The position numbers and the translations under genes are program-made. A model generated the notes under the pieces. It was not told the DNA's origin, searched no databases, and saw only the letters and a list, made by a program, of their open reading frames with translations. Positions 56,652 to 64,000 of a stretch of 64,000 bases of DNA are shown here, in pieces. Source of the stretch: a virus. The stretch is taken from the IMG/VR virus record IMGVR_UViG_3300044858_003398, one strand, 5' to 3'. The number at the start of each line of letters is the position of its first letter. Position 1 is the first letter of the stretch.

Positions 56652-57076
56652 TTGTGGCCGATACTAACTTCTCAGAACGATCCATAATAGTGTTCGAAGA
56701 GTTGAACAAGAAGGCTAGAGGACTAGGCGAAGCCTCTCTCTTCTATGTGAACTTGAGTTCTCAAGTACTTCCAGCCGATTTCTCCATCATGAATATTACT
56801 GAGATCGCCAATGCATATGGGTGGACTCTCGTGGCGACTTGCCCGATGTCAGCCGATATACTTAAAATGGCCACTGTAAAAGCCAAAAAAGCGTATTATA
56901 TGATGGATCTGGCCTTTTTGATGAAGCCGTATGACTTCTCAAAGATGTACGAGACGCTCTCTAAGCTGAAGCTTATCGTAAGGTCTGAGCACCACCAAAG
57001 GTTCATCAAGAACCTATTTAATCTTGACTCTATTGTTTTACCGTTTGAGTTGGACAAGATATGCAATACGCCATAG
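56639..57076 (+). CDS. hypothetical protein (GT-B N-domain-like)
   Basis: LVAT, YYMMDL, IVRS; cluster context. Confidence 0.45.
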   Translation: MLGIIVADTNFSERSIIVFEELNKKARGLGEASLFYVNLSSQVLPADFSIMNITEIANAYGWTLVATCPMSADILKMATVKAKKAYYMMDLAFLMKPYDFSKMYETLSKLKLIVRSEHHQRFIKNLFNLDSIVLPFELDKICNTP

Positions 57077-57867
57077 TTAATTCGGAGAAGCTTCGCTTCT
57101 CCTATCTGGATGAAAAGAAGTCTGTTCCCACCATCGCTGTTGAAATGGGCACCAATGAAACCAAGATTAGGCGAGCCCTAAAGTTCTTGGGGGTTCCAAT
57201 CCGCTCTTATGCGGAGGCTCAGAGTGTAGCCATTTCTCAGGGGATCGCTAAGCACCCCACCAAGGGGAAAAAGCTCTCCAAGGAAACCATCAATAACATT
57301 TCAGCCCAAAGATCAAAAGCTTGGCTTGACTTGCCGGAAGATGAGAAGCAGAAGTTCCGCGACCTTAAAAAGGAGCAATGGAACAATATGACCGAGTCAG
57401 CTAAAGAGAATCTCAGATCCGCAGCCTACGCAGCGATCCGAGAATCAGCCGAAATTGGGTCTAAAACTGAGAGGTACGTTTCCGCCGCTCTTGAAGAAGA
57501 GGGCTATGGCGTAATCATTCATGCCAGAAATCTCATACAAAGTCAGGCTCTTGAGGTTGACATGTTCATACCTGACCTTAAAACTGCTGTTGAGATTGAC
57601 GGCCCGTCGCATTTCGAGCCGGTTTGGGGACCTGATCGGCTGAGAAAGCAGCAGTCTGCTGACACCGCTAAGCAGGGTTTGTTGATGAATAATGGGTATG
57701 CCCTGATAAGAGTAAAACAATTGGATAGGTCGATGAGTGTTAAAAGAATGAAGGATGTTTATGAGTTAATCCTGTCTGAACTTAGGAAGATTGAAGTTGA
57801 ATTTCCTCCACTCGGCAAAAGGATGATCGAGTTGGAAATTAAAGATGGTGTTACTAGGAAGATTTAG
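57061..57867 (+). CDS. HTH + DUF559/Vsr-like endonuclease
   Basis: N-terminal HTH, HPTKGK, SKTE, EVDMFIP..AVEIDGPSH, D..K. Confidence 0.7.
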   Translation: MQYAIVNSEKLRFSYLDEKKSVPTIAVEMGTNETKIRRALKFLGVPIRSYAEAQSVAISQGIAKHPTKGKKLSKETINNISAQRSKAWLDLPEDEKQKFRDLKKEQWNNMTESAKENLRSAAYAAIRESAEIGSKTERYVSAALEEEGYGVIIHARNLIQSQALEVDMFIPDLKTAVEIDGPSHFEPVWGPDRLRKQQSADTAKQGLLMNNGYALIRVKQLDRSMSVKRMKDVYELILSELRKIEVEFPPLGKRMIELEIKDGVTRKI

Positions 57868-57890
57868 GCTATAATAGATCGAGGAAACGA

Positions 57891-58553
57891 ATGAGCACTG
57901 AGGAAAAAACAATTCCGGATTATTTATCTCCAGAGTGGGACACCTATGCGATGTCTCAGTTTGCCCCAAATGAACTCCAAGAGGGGCATCCTAACGCTGC
58001 TGGACTTCGTAGGGTAGCAGAACTACTCCTAGGACCAATTCTCAAGAGTGGCCCAACTCAGGTATTTCCATCTGAGGGGAATGGCCCCACTAGAGCTACT
58101 GTCGTTTATTCTGTCACATTCTCGTGGAAAGCGGACGGTACTATCAGAGAATACTCTGAAGTGGCTGACGTTTGGCACGGGAACACCGATTCGCTCTTCT
58201 GCGGATATGCTGTAGCTACCGCCTCCACCCGAGCAGAGGGAAGAGCCCTCCGCAAGGCTTTAAAGCTTAAGAAGTGTTCCGCAGAAGAGCTGAGCAAAAA
58301 TGATGTGGCCAAAATTGTGGCCGAAGAAACTGTGGAGAAAGTCTCCAATGAACAAATTAGTTTCATTGACAGCAAGTGTAAGAAGCTTGATATCAATGTG
58401 GTCGCCTTTATTAACTCTGGGGAGAAGCAATATCGCAGCATTTACGACGTGACGAGAGATACAGCAGCAAAGATGATCAAGAAGTTAACAGAGTTAACGA
58501 ATGACAAGACCAAGATTGATGAATCAATTAAGGTCTATACAGACTGGAGGTAG
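57891..58553 (+). CDS. putative ssDNA-annealing protein (Rad52/Sak-like)
   Basis: GL..VA, ATASTRAEGRALRKAL..CSAEEL; C-terminal 'QI..I' small domain. Confidence 0.55.
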   Translation: MSTEEKTIPDYLSPEWDTYAMSQFAPNELQEGHPNAAGLRRVAELLLGPILKSGPTQVFPSEGNGPTRATVVYSVTFSWKADGTIREYSEVADVWHGNTDSLFCGYAVATASTRAEGRALRKALKLKKCSAEELSKNDVAKIVAEETVEKVSNEQISFIDSKCKKLDINVVAFINSGEKQYRSIYDVTRDTAAKMIKKLTELTNDKTKIDESIKVYTDWR

Positions 58554-58568
58554 CTGTCGCTACCTTTC
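58548..58568 (+). terminator. hairpin after the annealing-protein gene
   Basis: AGGTAGC-TGTC-GCTACCT then TTC. Confidence 0.4.
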
Positions 58569-58593
58569 AATAACGACTTTATAAGGCGAAATC

Positions 58594-59196
58594 ATGAGCA
58601 GAACAGACGTGCCAACATCAAACAGAATCAAATCCCCACTCAAGTACTACATTGAGTTCGGCGGTGCCGAAGGTATCTGGGCCTATTGGGATGGTGAAAA
58701 GAATGTGAGGGTTGACGCCCTCGAATTTGTAGTTATGGATGTCCGATCTTCTATCGGTGGCTGGAGCGATGCGAATAACTGTCGTATCAATTCTAACATC
58801 GTTAAGGCTACAGGGAAGAATCCACTGACTGTCAGGGCTGGCAAGGTGGTCCTCGCTGAAGGGCTCTACGCTGACATTAAGAATGACGTAGTGGCGGCAG
58901 GAGGTAAGTTCGTTACCAATATTTTTGCTATGGCCAAGATTGATGGTGATTGGACCCCAGTAGACATTCAGCTTTCAGGGGCGTGCCTGCGAGACTGGTC
59001 AGCCTTCGTTGAGGCTAGCGGAAGCATCTTCAAGGTATACGAGATGGTCGTTTCTGCGACTCGTGGCGAAGCCCAGAAGAAGGGGGCAGTCAAGTACTTC
59101 ACTCCTACTTTTACTGCTGGGGCCTTGGGTACTGAAGTGGCCGCAGCAGCAGATGAATTCTGTAGAGATAAGCTGATTCCGTACTTGAATCAGTAA
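58594..59196 (+). CDS. conserved phage protein (possible ssDNA-binding)
   Basis: Beta-rich, IGGW..SN, GLYADIK, KKGAVKYFTP. Confidence 0.5.
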   Translation: MSRTDVPTSNRIKSPLKYYIEFGGAEGIWAYWDGEKNVRVDALEFVVMDVRSSIGGWSDANNCRINSNIVKATGKNPLTVRAGKVVLAEGLYADIKNDVVAAGGKFVTNIFAMAKIDGDWTPVDIQLSGACLRDWSAFVEASGSIFKVYEMVVSATRGEAQKKGAVKYFTPTFTAGALGTEVAAAADEFCRDKLIPYLNQ

Positions 59197-59220
59197 GAAG
59201 CATCTGCTGAATCGAAATAG

Positions 59221-59251
59221 AAGAGGTTGGGTTTTCCCAGCCTCTTTTTTT
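59221..59251. terminator. intrinsic terminator between convergent operons (probably bidirectional)
   Basis: AAGAGGTTGGG-TTTT-CCCAGCCTCTT followed by a T run. Confidence 0.75.
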
Positions 59252-59786
59252 ATCCACATCCACATCCGCCAGATTTGCCTACCACTACTTCCTTTGGCAT
59301 AGTCTGTTTTTTAGGAATGACCGAATCTCTTTTACTGGTGGTCTTTTCGACTTTCCATGCTTCGATAGCTTTTGAGATATCTGATCTCAGCCTAAGCCTA
59401 ATTACTGGGTCTCCAATCGCTGGGAACATAGTGGCCCAAGGCATATTCTCCTTAACCCACATTTTAGCTCTTGGGAACATGTCTTCGACTATATGGTCAA
59501 TCCTAGAAGAGCAGCTATCTCCCCAAATATTCATTTGCCTAGCTAATTTAAAACAGTCCTGACATGGTGGCATGCCTTGAGCCGAGTAGATATTTAGAAG
59601 CTCAGATCCCGGACCGTAGCCTATATTGTCGTAGTCTAAAATTACCTCTGGTGGAAGCTCATTAAATAATGGAGACAGACCAAAATTAATCCGGTATTTG
59701 TCTATTTTCCATTTGGGTAGATCCGCAGCCCCCGTGCAAATGTTATACAAATGTTGACTATGTCTAAACTTTTCGCACTCTTGCAT
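59250..59786 (-). CDS. hypothetical Cys-containing protein (GPGSEL..CxxC..MNxWG motif)
   Basis: GPGSELL, PCQDC, MNIWG..C, C-terminal GCGCG. Confidence 0.6.
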   Translation of the reverse strand: MQECEKFRHSQHLYNICTGAADLPKWKIDKYRINFGLSPLFNELPPEVILDYDNIGYGPGSELLNIYSAQGMPPCQDCFKLARQMNIWGDSCSSRIDHIVEDMFPRAKMWVKENMPWATMFPAIGDPVIRLRLRSDISKAIEAWKVEKTTSKRDSVIPKKQTMPKEVVVGKSGGCGCG

Positions 59787-59787
59787 C

Positions 59788-62295
59788 TTAAAGCTCCACT
59801 ATCGTCATTTCCATTCTGCCAGCCCCATCTCCGCAATCTGCAGATCTACCACATCCTCTCAGCCAAAATGGGCACATGCCACCCCCGTCTGGATTTATCA
59901 AACCGTGGAAATAGTATGGATTACAGGATTCAGTATAGGACTCAAAAGAACTTTTAGACTCTGGCGGATCTAAATTGAAGTGACTAGATATCATTGTGCC
60001 AAATTGCATTAATGTATATGCTCCTCCATTCATAGCCACAATCACCTTTATTATGTCGTCACCGCAAGTTGTGTATCCCTCATAATAGCACTCATGAGAA
60101 AACTCAATTGGGTCTGTGCTTGACAGATTATAGATATCTACATATTTTAGGTCAATGCTCAGGCCGAATACTCCAGTCGGAGAAAAGGGACCGCTGATAT
60201 CATCCGCTGGAGATACACTATAGGCCGAAAAGGATACGTTTATTCCCTCTGGATGGCTTCCACATTCTATATAGCACGGAGAGGCCACCTCGCAACGAGA
60301 TCTCGATGAGCAATCTGCAAACATCGGATATGTTTGTGCTCTCATCGTTCCAACAGTAAGTCCACTCTCAACTACTGTATCGGTAAAAGAGTATGACATG
60401 TCTAATGAGCTACATACAGCAGGATATGAGGAATTAAATGAGTAAGCGTATCCAGTTTCAAAAAATCCTCCACCTAAGCTTATTCCGCACAGACCATTGT
60501 AGGTTTCGTGCCCGACAAAGCCGATCTCTGGATTCTGAGTTAGACAAAGCCTAATTTCGCTATCTCCACTTCCTGTTATCCAACAAGAGTCCCCATCCCA
60601 CTCTAGGGTATTCCTGTTGATATTTGTAGCAAGTGTGCTTCTTACTGTTTCTACTGTAAGTAGGCATAGTCTCTTAGGAACACATCGGCATTTATCACTG
60701 CAAAAATATTTCCAGCAGGAGCATCTTCCCGGCCTTATGTATCTATAGTCTATATATTCAGCCGCTTTAGTATAAGATCCGAATGCTTTGGTCTCGCATG
60801 TGCAAGATGATCCATCCCCGTATGAGACAGTACTATTAGTTCTATTCCCGCCCAAGAATAGAGATCTGCTGGTGTTATTGCCCGGCTCGTAGTAGTAATC
60901 TTCATTGTAATTAATGAATGATGCATCGCCAGAATGGCTAAGATAATTTATGGTTGGAGAAGAGTAGAAAGCCCCACCTCTCCATACATGATCAAGTTCA
61001 AGTGGAGTGAACCCACTATCCAGTACGTCCACTGGTATGAAAATGAACTTAGGATCTCCGCTATCCCTTACTAGGTCCATCTGGCCGCTATATCTGGCTA
61101 TCTCATCAACATATGTTTCATACAGATATAGGTATCTTTTATGTTCTCCTGCTGGAACCTGACCAACTCCAGTATCATTGAGTGGAGTATATGTCCATCT
61201 GGCCAAAGCTTGTCCTGTGTAAGCATACTCATATCCTGTATACGATGGGTGGAACTCCATCCTCTGGATTGGGTAGAAGCCAGTGTCGTATGCATATTCT
61301 CGATACCTAATGAGTTCTTCTGTAGCACTAAATGAGCTATAGTCCCTATTGAACTCAACACATAGGTATCTGGGGACTTCAGAGCAGTCAGTAACGAGTG
61401 GAATTATTCCAGTAGGGTATTGCCCATCCGGATGGTCTGGGAATCCAGAATCCCTAACTGGAGGAGATATTATTCCAGATGGGAGCCTTACCATTGTGCC
61501 ACTATTTGGAGGATCTACTGCCTCGAAAGCGTATATCCCGCCATAGTTGGGGAATGGACTCATATCAATTGGGTTTGGCTGTCCGCTAGCATTGTATAGA
61601 TTTCCTTGGCCAGTTATAGGTGATGCAGACAGATTTCTTTTCTCAAAAGCAACTTTTGCCGAATCAAAGTTTTCAAGAGTAACAGTTCCCCCATATCCTC
61701 CAAAAGCGGATACTCCACTAAAAGAGAAATTTGGAGCGTTCAGGCATGTTGTATCTGTATGATTAATGAATTCAGTATCTGAATAGGAGCCATCAGCAAG
61801 CGACACTCCGGTAGCTACATGCATTGTCCATCTACATCCAGAAGAATCAATGCTGATTGCCCCGGTACTGTCAACTGCAAATGGAGACAAATAGATTGCC
61901 ACTGGATGATTTATTATTGTCCCCATGTATCTAACAGATTTAAGGGCATATGTATCCAGATAGTATGGTTCAAAGAATAATTCTTGCTTTTGCTCGTATA
62001 TGTCGCAAGCATCTCCAGAGTTGTCAGGAGTCCACTTAACAACTAAAACCTTTGGATTGCAAGAGCAGCAATGCTCTACGTCTGGATTTCTATCCCCGTC
62101 TACCCACCCAGCGGCAACAGAAAAGTCTACCTTCATATATAGGCATGGATCGCAACAGCAATCGTAGTCCATCAGGGCCTTTTTGCCCGTATCGACTACT
62201 GAAGCATTAAATTCGGTGAAAGATCTAACCCCGTTATGATGAGCATAACAAGCGAAACCATTTTTCAGCTTGTCTGGTCCTTGACTCCTAGGCAT
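59788..62295 (-). CDS. large Cys-rich putative virion/tail protein
   Basis: 835 aa; CCCDPC, CCSC, CSCWKYFC, repeated CxxxPxxLC. Confidence 0.6.
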   Translation of the reverse strand: MPRSQGPDKLKNGFACYAHHNGVRSFTEFNASVVDTGKKALMDYDCCCDPCLYMKVDFSVAAGWVDGDRNPDVEHCCSCNPKVLVVKWTPDNSGDACDIYEQKQELFFEPYYLDTYALKSVRYMGTIINHPVAIYLSPFAVDSTGAISIDSSGCRWTMHVATGVSLADGSYSDTEFINHTDTTCLNAPNFSFSGVSAFGGYGGTVTLENFDSAKVAFEKRNLSASPITGQGNLYNASGQPNPIDMSPFPNYGGIYAFEAVDPPNSGTMVRLPSGIISPPVRDSGFPDHPDGQYPTGIIPLVTDCSEVPRYLCVEFNRDYSSFSATEELIRYREYAYDTGFYPIQRMEFHPSYTGYEYAYTGQALARWTYTPLNDTGVGQVPAGEHKRYLYLYETYVDEIARYSGQMDLVRDSGDPKFIFIPVDVLDSGFTPLELDHVWRGGAFYSSPTINYLSHSGDASFINYNEDYYYEPGNNTSRSLFLGGNRTNSTVSYGDGSSCTCETKAFGSYTKAAEYIDYRYIRPGRCSCWKYFCSDKCRCVPKRLCLLTVETVRSTLATNINRNTLEWDGDSCWITGSGDSEIRLCLTQNPEIGFVGHETYNGLCGISLGGGFFETGYAYSFNSSYPAVCSSLDMSYSFTDTVVESGLTVGTMRAQTYPMFADCSSRSRCEVASPCYIECGSHPEGINVSFSAYSVSPADDISGPFSPTGVFGLSIDLKYVDIYNLSSTDPIEFSHECYYEGYTTCGDDIIKVIVAMNGGAYTLMQFGTMISSHFNLDPPESKSSFESYTESCNPYYFHGLINPDGGGMCPFWLRGCGRSADCGDGAGRMEMTIVEL

Positions 62296-63391
62296 TTATT
62301 TCCTCTCCGCAACACATTCCTGTGACAACCCACCTAAACGGTGCCGATACGATAGATGCACTTATACATCCGGAGGCAGGATTTCCATCATAGATATTCT
62401 TGAAAGCCTGAGCTGTCCCCTTCATGCCAATAAGTACGGAGATGGGCAAATTAAAAAAGCACATTCCTTCATCAAATACTCTGATTCCAGTATCTCCAAC
62501 AGCTACTGATGAAGTGGTTTGTCCTATGTCTGTTACCGTAGTTATGACGTAGTTACATCCAGCAGAGCTTGATCCTATGTCTTCAGATGGGCTATCGATC
62601 GTAAACCTCATCAACTCTGTACTTCCGCCAGTAGCTATCCACACCTTTTTACCGTCATCCCATCTTACATCTAGAGGACCTGTTTTCCAAAGAGATGGAT
62701 CGGAATATGCTTGAGGGTGCATGATCCCGCTTTCTCCAGTTGGGACTGGGTTTCCGCTAATGTCATAGCCGGGGCCACTCAATATCAGAGGGGCTCTGTG
62801 GGCTACTGATCGTATGTCCAGTAACTCTGTCTTCTTGCGGTAGTAGAAGTCAGCATCAAAATAATTAGAGACTGAGTGAACGCCAGACTCTAGCGATTCA
62901 GCACTAGCGATTCTGTTCGCTGTCATAGCAGCCAAGATATTATGTCCACCTTCGGCCCATCCACTTGGGTTATATGTGCCAGTATCTACCAATCCAATAT
63001 TATTAACCCCTGTCCCGTACATGTTAGATGGGTTAAATGGGTTCAATGAATTAACATTGATTACGCCAGCACCAGTCTCGGTTGGTGCCTCAAAATGTGG
63101 GAGAAGACCAGTATAGTAAGGTGATGTGGAGTACCCGACGTACAACCCATCAAGGCTTATAGCTCCAACATTAATAAGATTGTCTGCATTACCAGCTGCT
63201 GATAGCAGTGTTGTATACTGCCTAAAATATTCAGTATCAACTATGTTGTTACAATAGTACGAGAAACTATGCTTCTCCGACGCCGCATCTAGTAGATTAC
63301 CAGTGGACCTTACAAACTGCTTTGCAGCAGAAATAATAAACTGAGGAGACGAAATCATGTCTCTCTTTTTACTGGTTTTATTTTTGCTCAT
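62288..63391 (-). CDS. putative tail/virion protein
   Basis: SLDGL, RAPLILSG.GYD, WKTGPLDVRWD, ends CCGEE. Confidence 0.55.
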   Translation of the reverse strand: MSKNKTSKKRDMISSPQFIISAAKQFVRSTGNLLDAASEKHSFSYYCNNIVDTEYFRQYTTLLSAAGNADNLINVGAISLDGLYVGYSTSPYYTGLLPHFEAPTETGAGVINVNSLNPFNPSNMYGTGVNNIGLVDTGTYNPSGWAEGGHNILAAMTANRIASAESLESGVHSVSNYFDADFYYRKKTELLDIRSVAHRAPLILSGPGYDISGNPVPTGESGIMHPQAYSDPSLWKTGPLDVRWDDGKKVWIATGGSTELMRFTIDSPSEDIGSSSAGCNYVITTVTDIGQTTSSVAVGDTGIRVFDEGMCFFNLPISVLIGMKGTAQAFKNIYDGNPASGCISASIVSAPFRWVVTGMCCGEEINA

Positions 63392-64000
63392 TATTTAGAT
63401 CTTAGCTTATCAGAAAGTTTTCTTAGTCTTCGCACAACATCCCTACTGTCCCTGCCGAATCTCTGACTCAAGCTTCTAAAGTTGTATGTAGTCTGGACTT
63501 CAGAAGAATTAAAGGTAATATTGATATCGGTTATCCTAGGACCATTTGGTATAATCCCGCCTATTCTCTGTATTATAGGCAATCCCGGCAGGGTTAGCGT
63601 ACCCTCTTCCTGAGCAAATAGTGAAAAGTTGTCTATACTATTGGCTATCGCCTGACCTGCTAGATTCATTCCAGCAAAGCCGCTCAGAGATGTCCCTTTT
63701 ACTGTACTGACCACTCTGGAGACCGACCCGTTTGGGTTAACTACCTGCCAATTAGTAGTTATGTCCCCATAGACTGGCATCATAAAGTTTTCTGGGACTA
63801 GATCCTCGTCTCGTTCATACTCAATTTTGCCACAGAATATAGTATTTTCGAAGTTAGTCATCCATGGACCATACACGTACCTATTTGATTTCTGCGGAAT
63901 GCCCACAGCTTTTGGCGAGACAGCGGCTCTCGATGCAGAACTCTTCCCAAATTCTTCTCCGAATTCAGCAAAATCAGCCAGTTGGTCTGGCAAGCTATCT
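63391..64000 (-). CDS. C-terminal part of a putative tail protein (truncated by window)
   Basis: Open to the window edge; YGPW, LVPEN, E.GT.T.PG.P, ITDI..TTYNF. Confidence 0.55.
   Translation of the reverse strand, partial: DSLPDQLADFAEFGEEFGKSSASRAAVSPKAVGIPQKSNRYVYGPWMTNFENTIFCGKIEYERDEDLVPENFMMPVYGDITTNWQVVNPNGSVSRVVSTVKGTSLSGFAGMNLAGQAIANSIDNFSLFAQEEGTLTLPGLPIIQRIGGIIPNGPRITDINITFNSSEVQTTYNFRSLSQRFGRDSRDVVRRLRKLSDKLRSK

Noticed and set aside
4064-61762. Numerous short antisense or nested ORFs in the track (e.g. 4064-4363, 11273-11560, 41591-42094, 59227-59562)
   Set aside because: They shadow well-supported genes and show no motifs or initiation signals
1-64000. Stop-codon reassignment
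   Set aside because: Conserved genes are full length in code 11, and TAA, TAG and TGA all end genes at expected positions
1-64000. Eukaryotic giant virus or bacterial chromosome origin
   Set aside because: Sigma70 promoters, SD sites, coupled operons and DnaE/DnaB/DnaG/RecA point to a bacterial system; dense small hypotheticals, virion-type genes and no housekeeping operons point to a phage

Overview
Gene-dense 64-kb segment of a large dsDNA bacteriophage (jumbo-phage-like, standard code 11, sigma70-type promoters, many overlapping genes). No tRNA, rRNA or CRISPR array was seen. Layout: (1) 1-7.5 kb +: small hypotheticals and a PHP-less DnaE with a mini-intein. (2) 7.5-21.7 kb -: a ~14-kb nucleotide-sugar/glycan operon (HddA-like kinase, HAD phosphatase, cytidylyltransferase, epimerases, ColD-type dehydratase, TPP E1 alpha/beta pair, B12 radical SAM, DJ-1, methyltransferase, GT2/GT4/GT47). 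It is preceded by a ~410-nt structured non-coding leader and a near-consensus promoter. (3) 22.2-29.9 kb +: SSB, GT4, probable virion proteins and a membrane/papain-protease/thioredoxin module with a candidate -1 frameshift. (4) 30-59 kb +: nucleotide metabolism (MazG-like, ThyX, NT5C, NrdA plus a Tyr-less class Ic-type NrdB, PhoH, dNMP kinase), replication/recombination (RecA, DnaB, DnaG, Cas4-like nuclease, DEDDh exonuclease), a sigma factor and a second glycosyltransferase cluster whose GT4 carries a LAGLIDADG intein. (5) 59.2-64 kb -: Cys-rich probable virion/tail proteins. Several motifs recall Planctomycetota-associated phage proteins, but the host is only an inference. All family calls come from motif recognition by eye, not from database searches.
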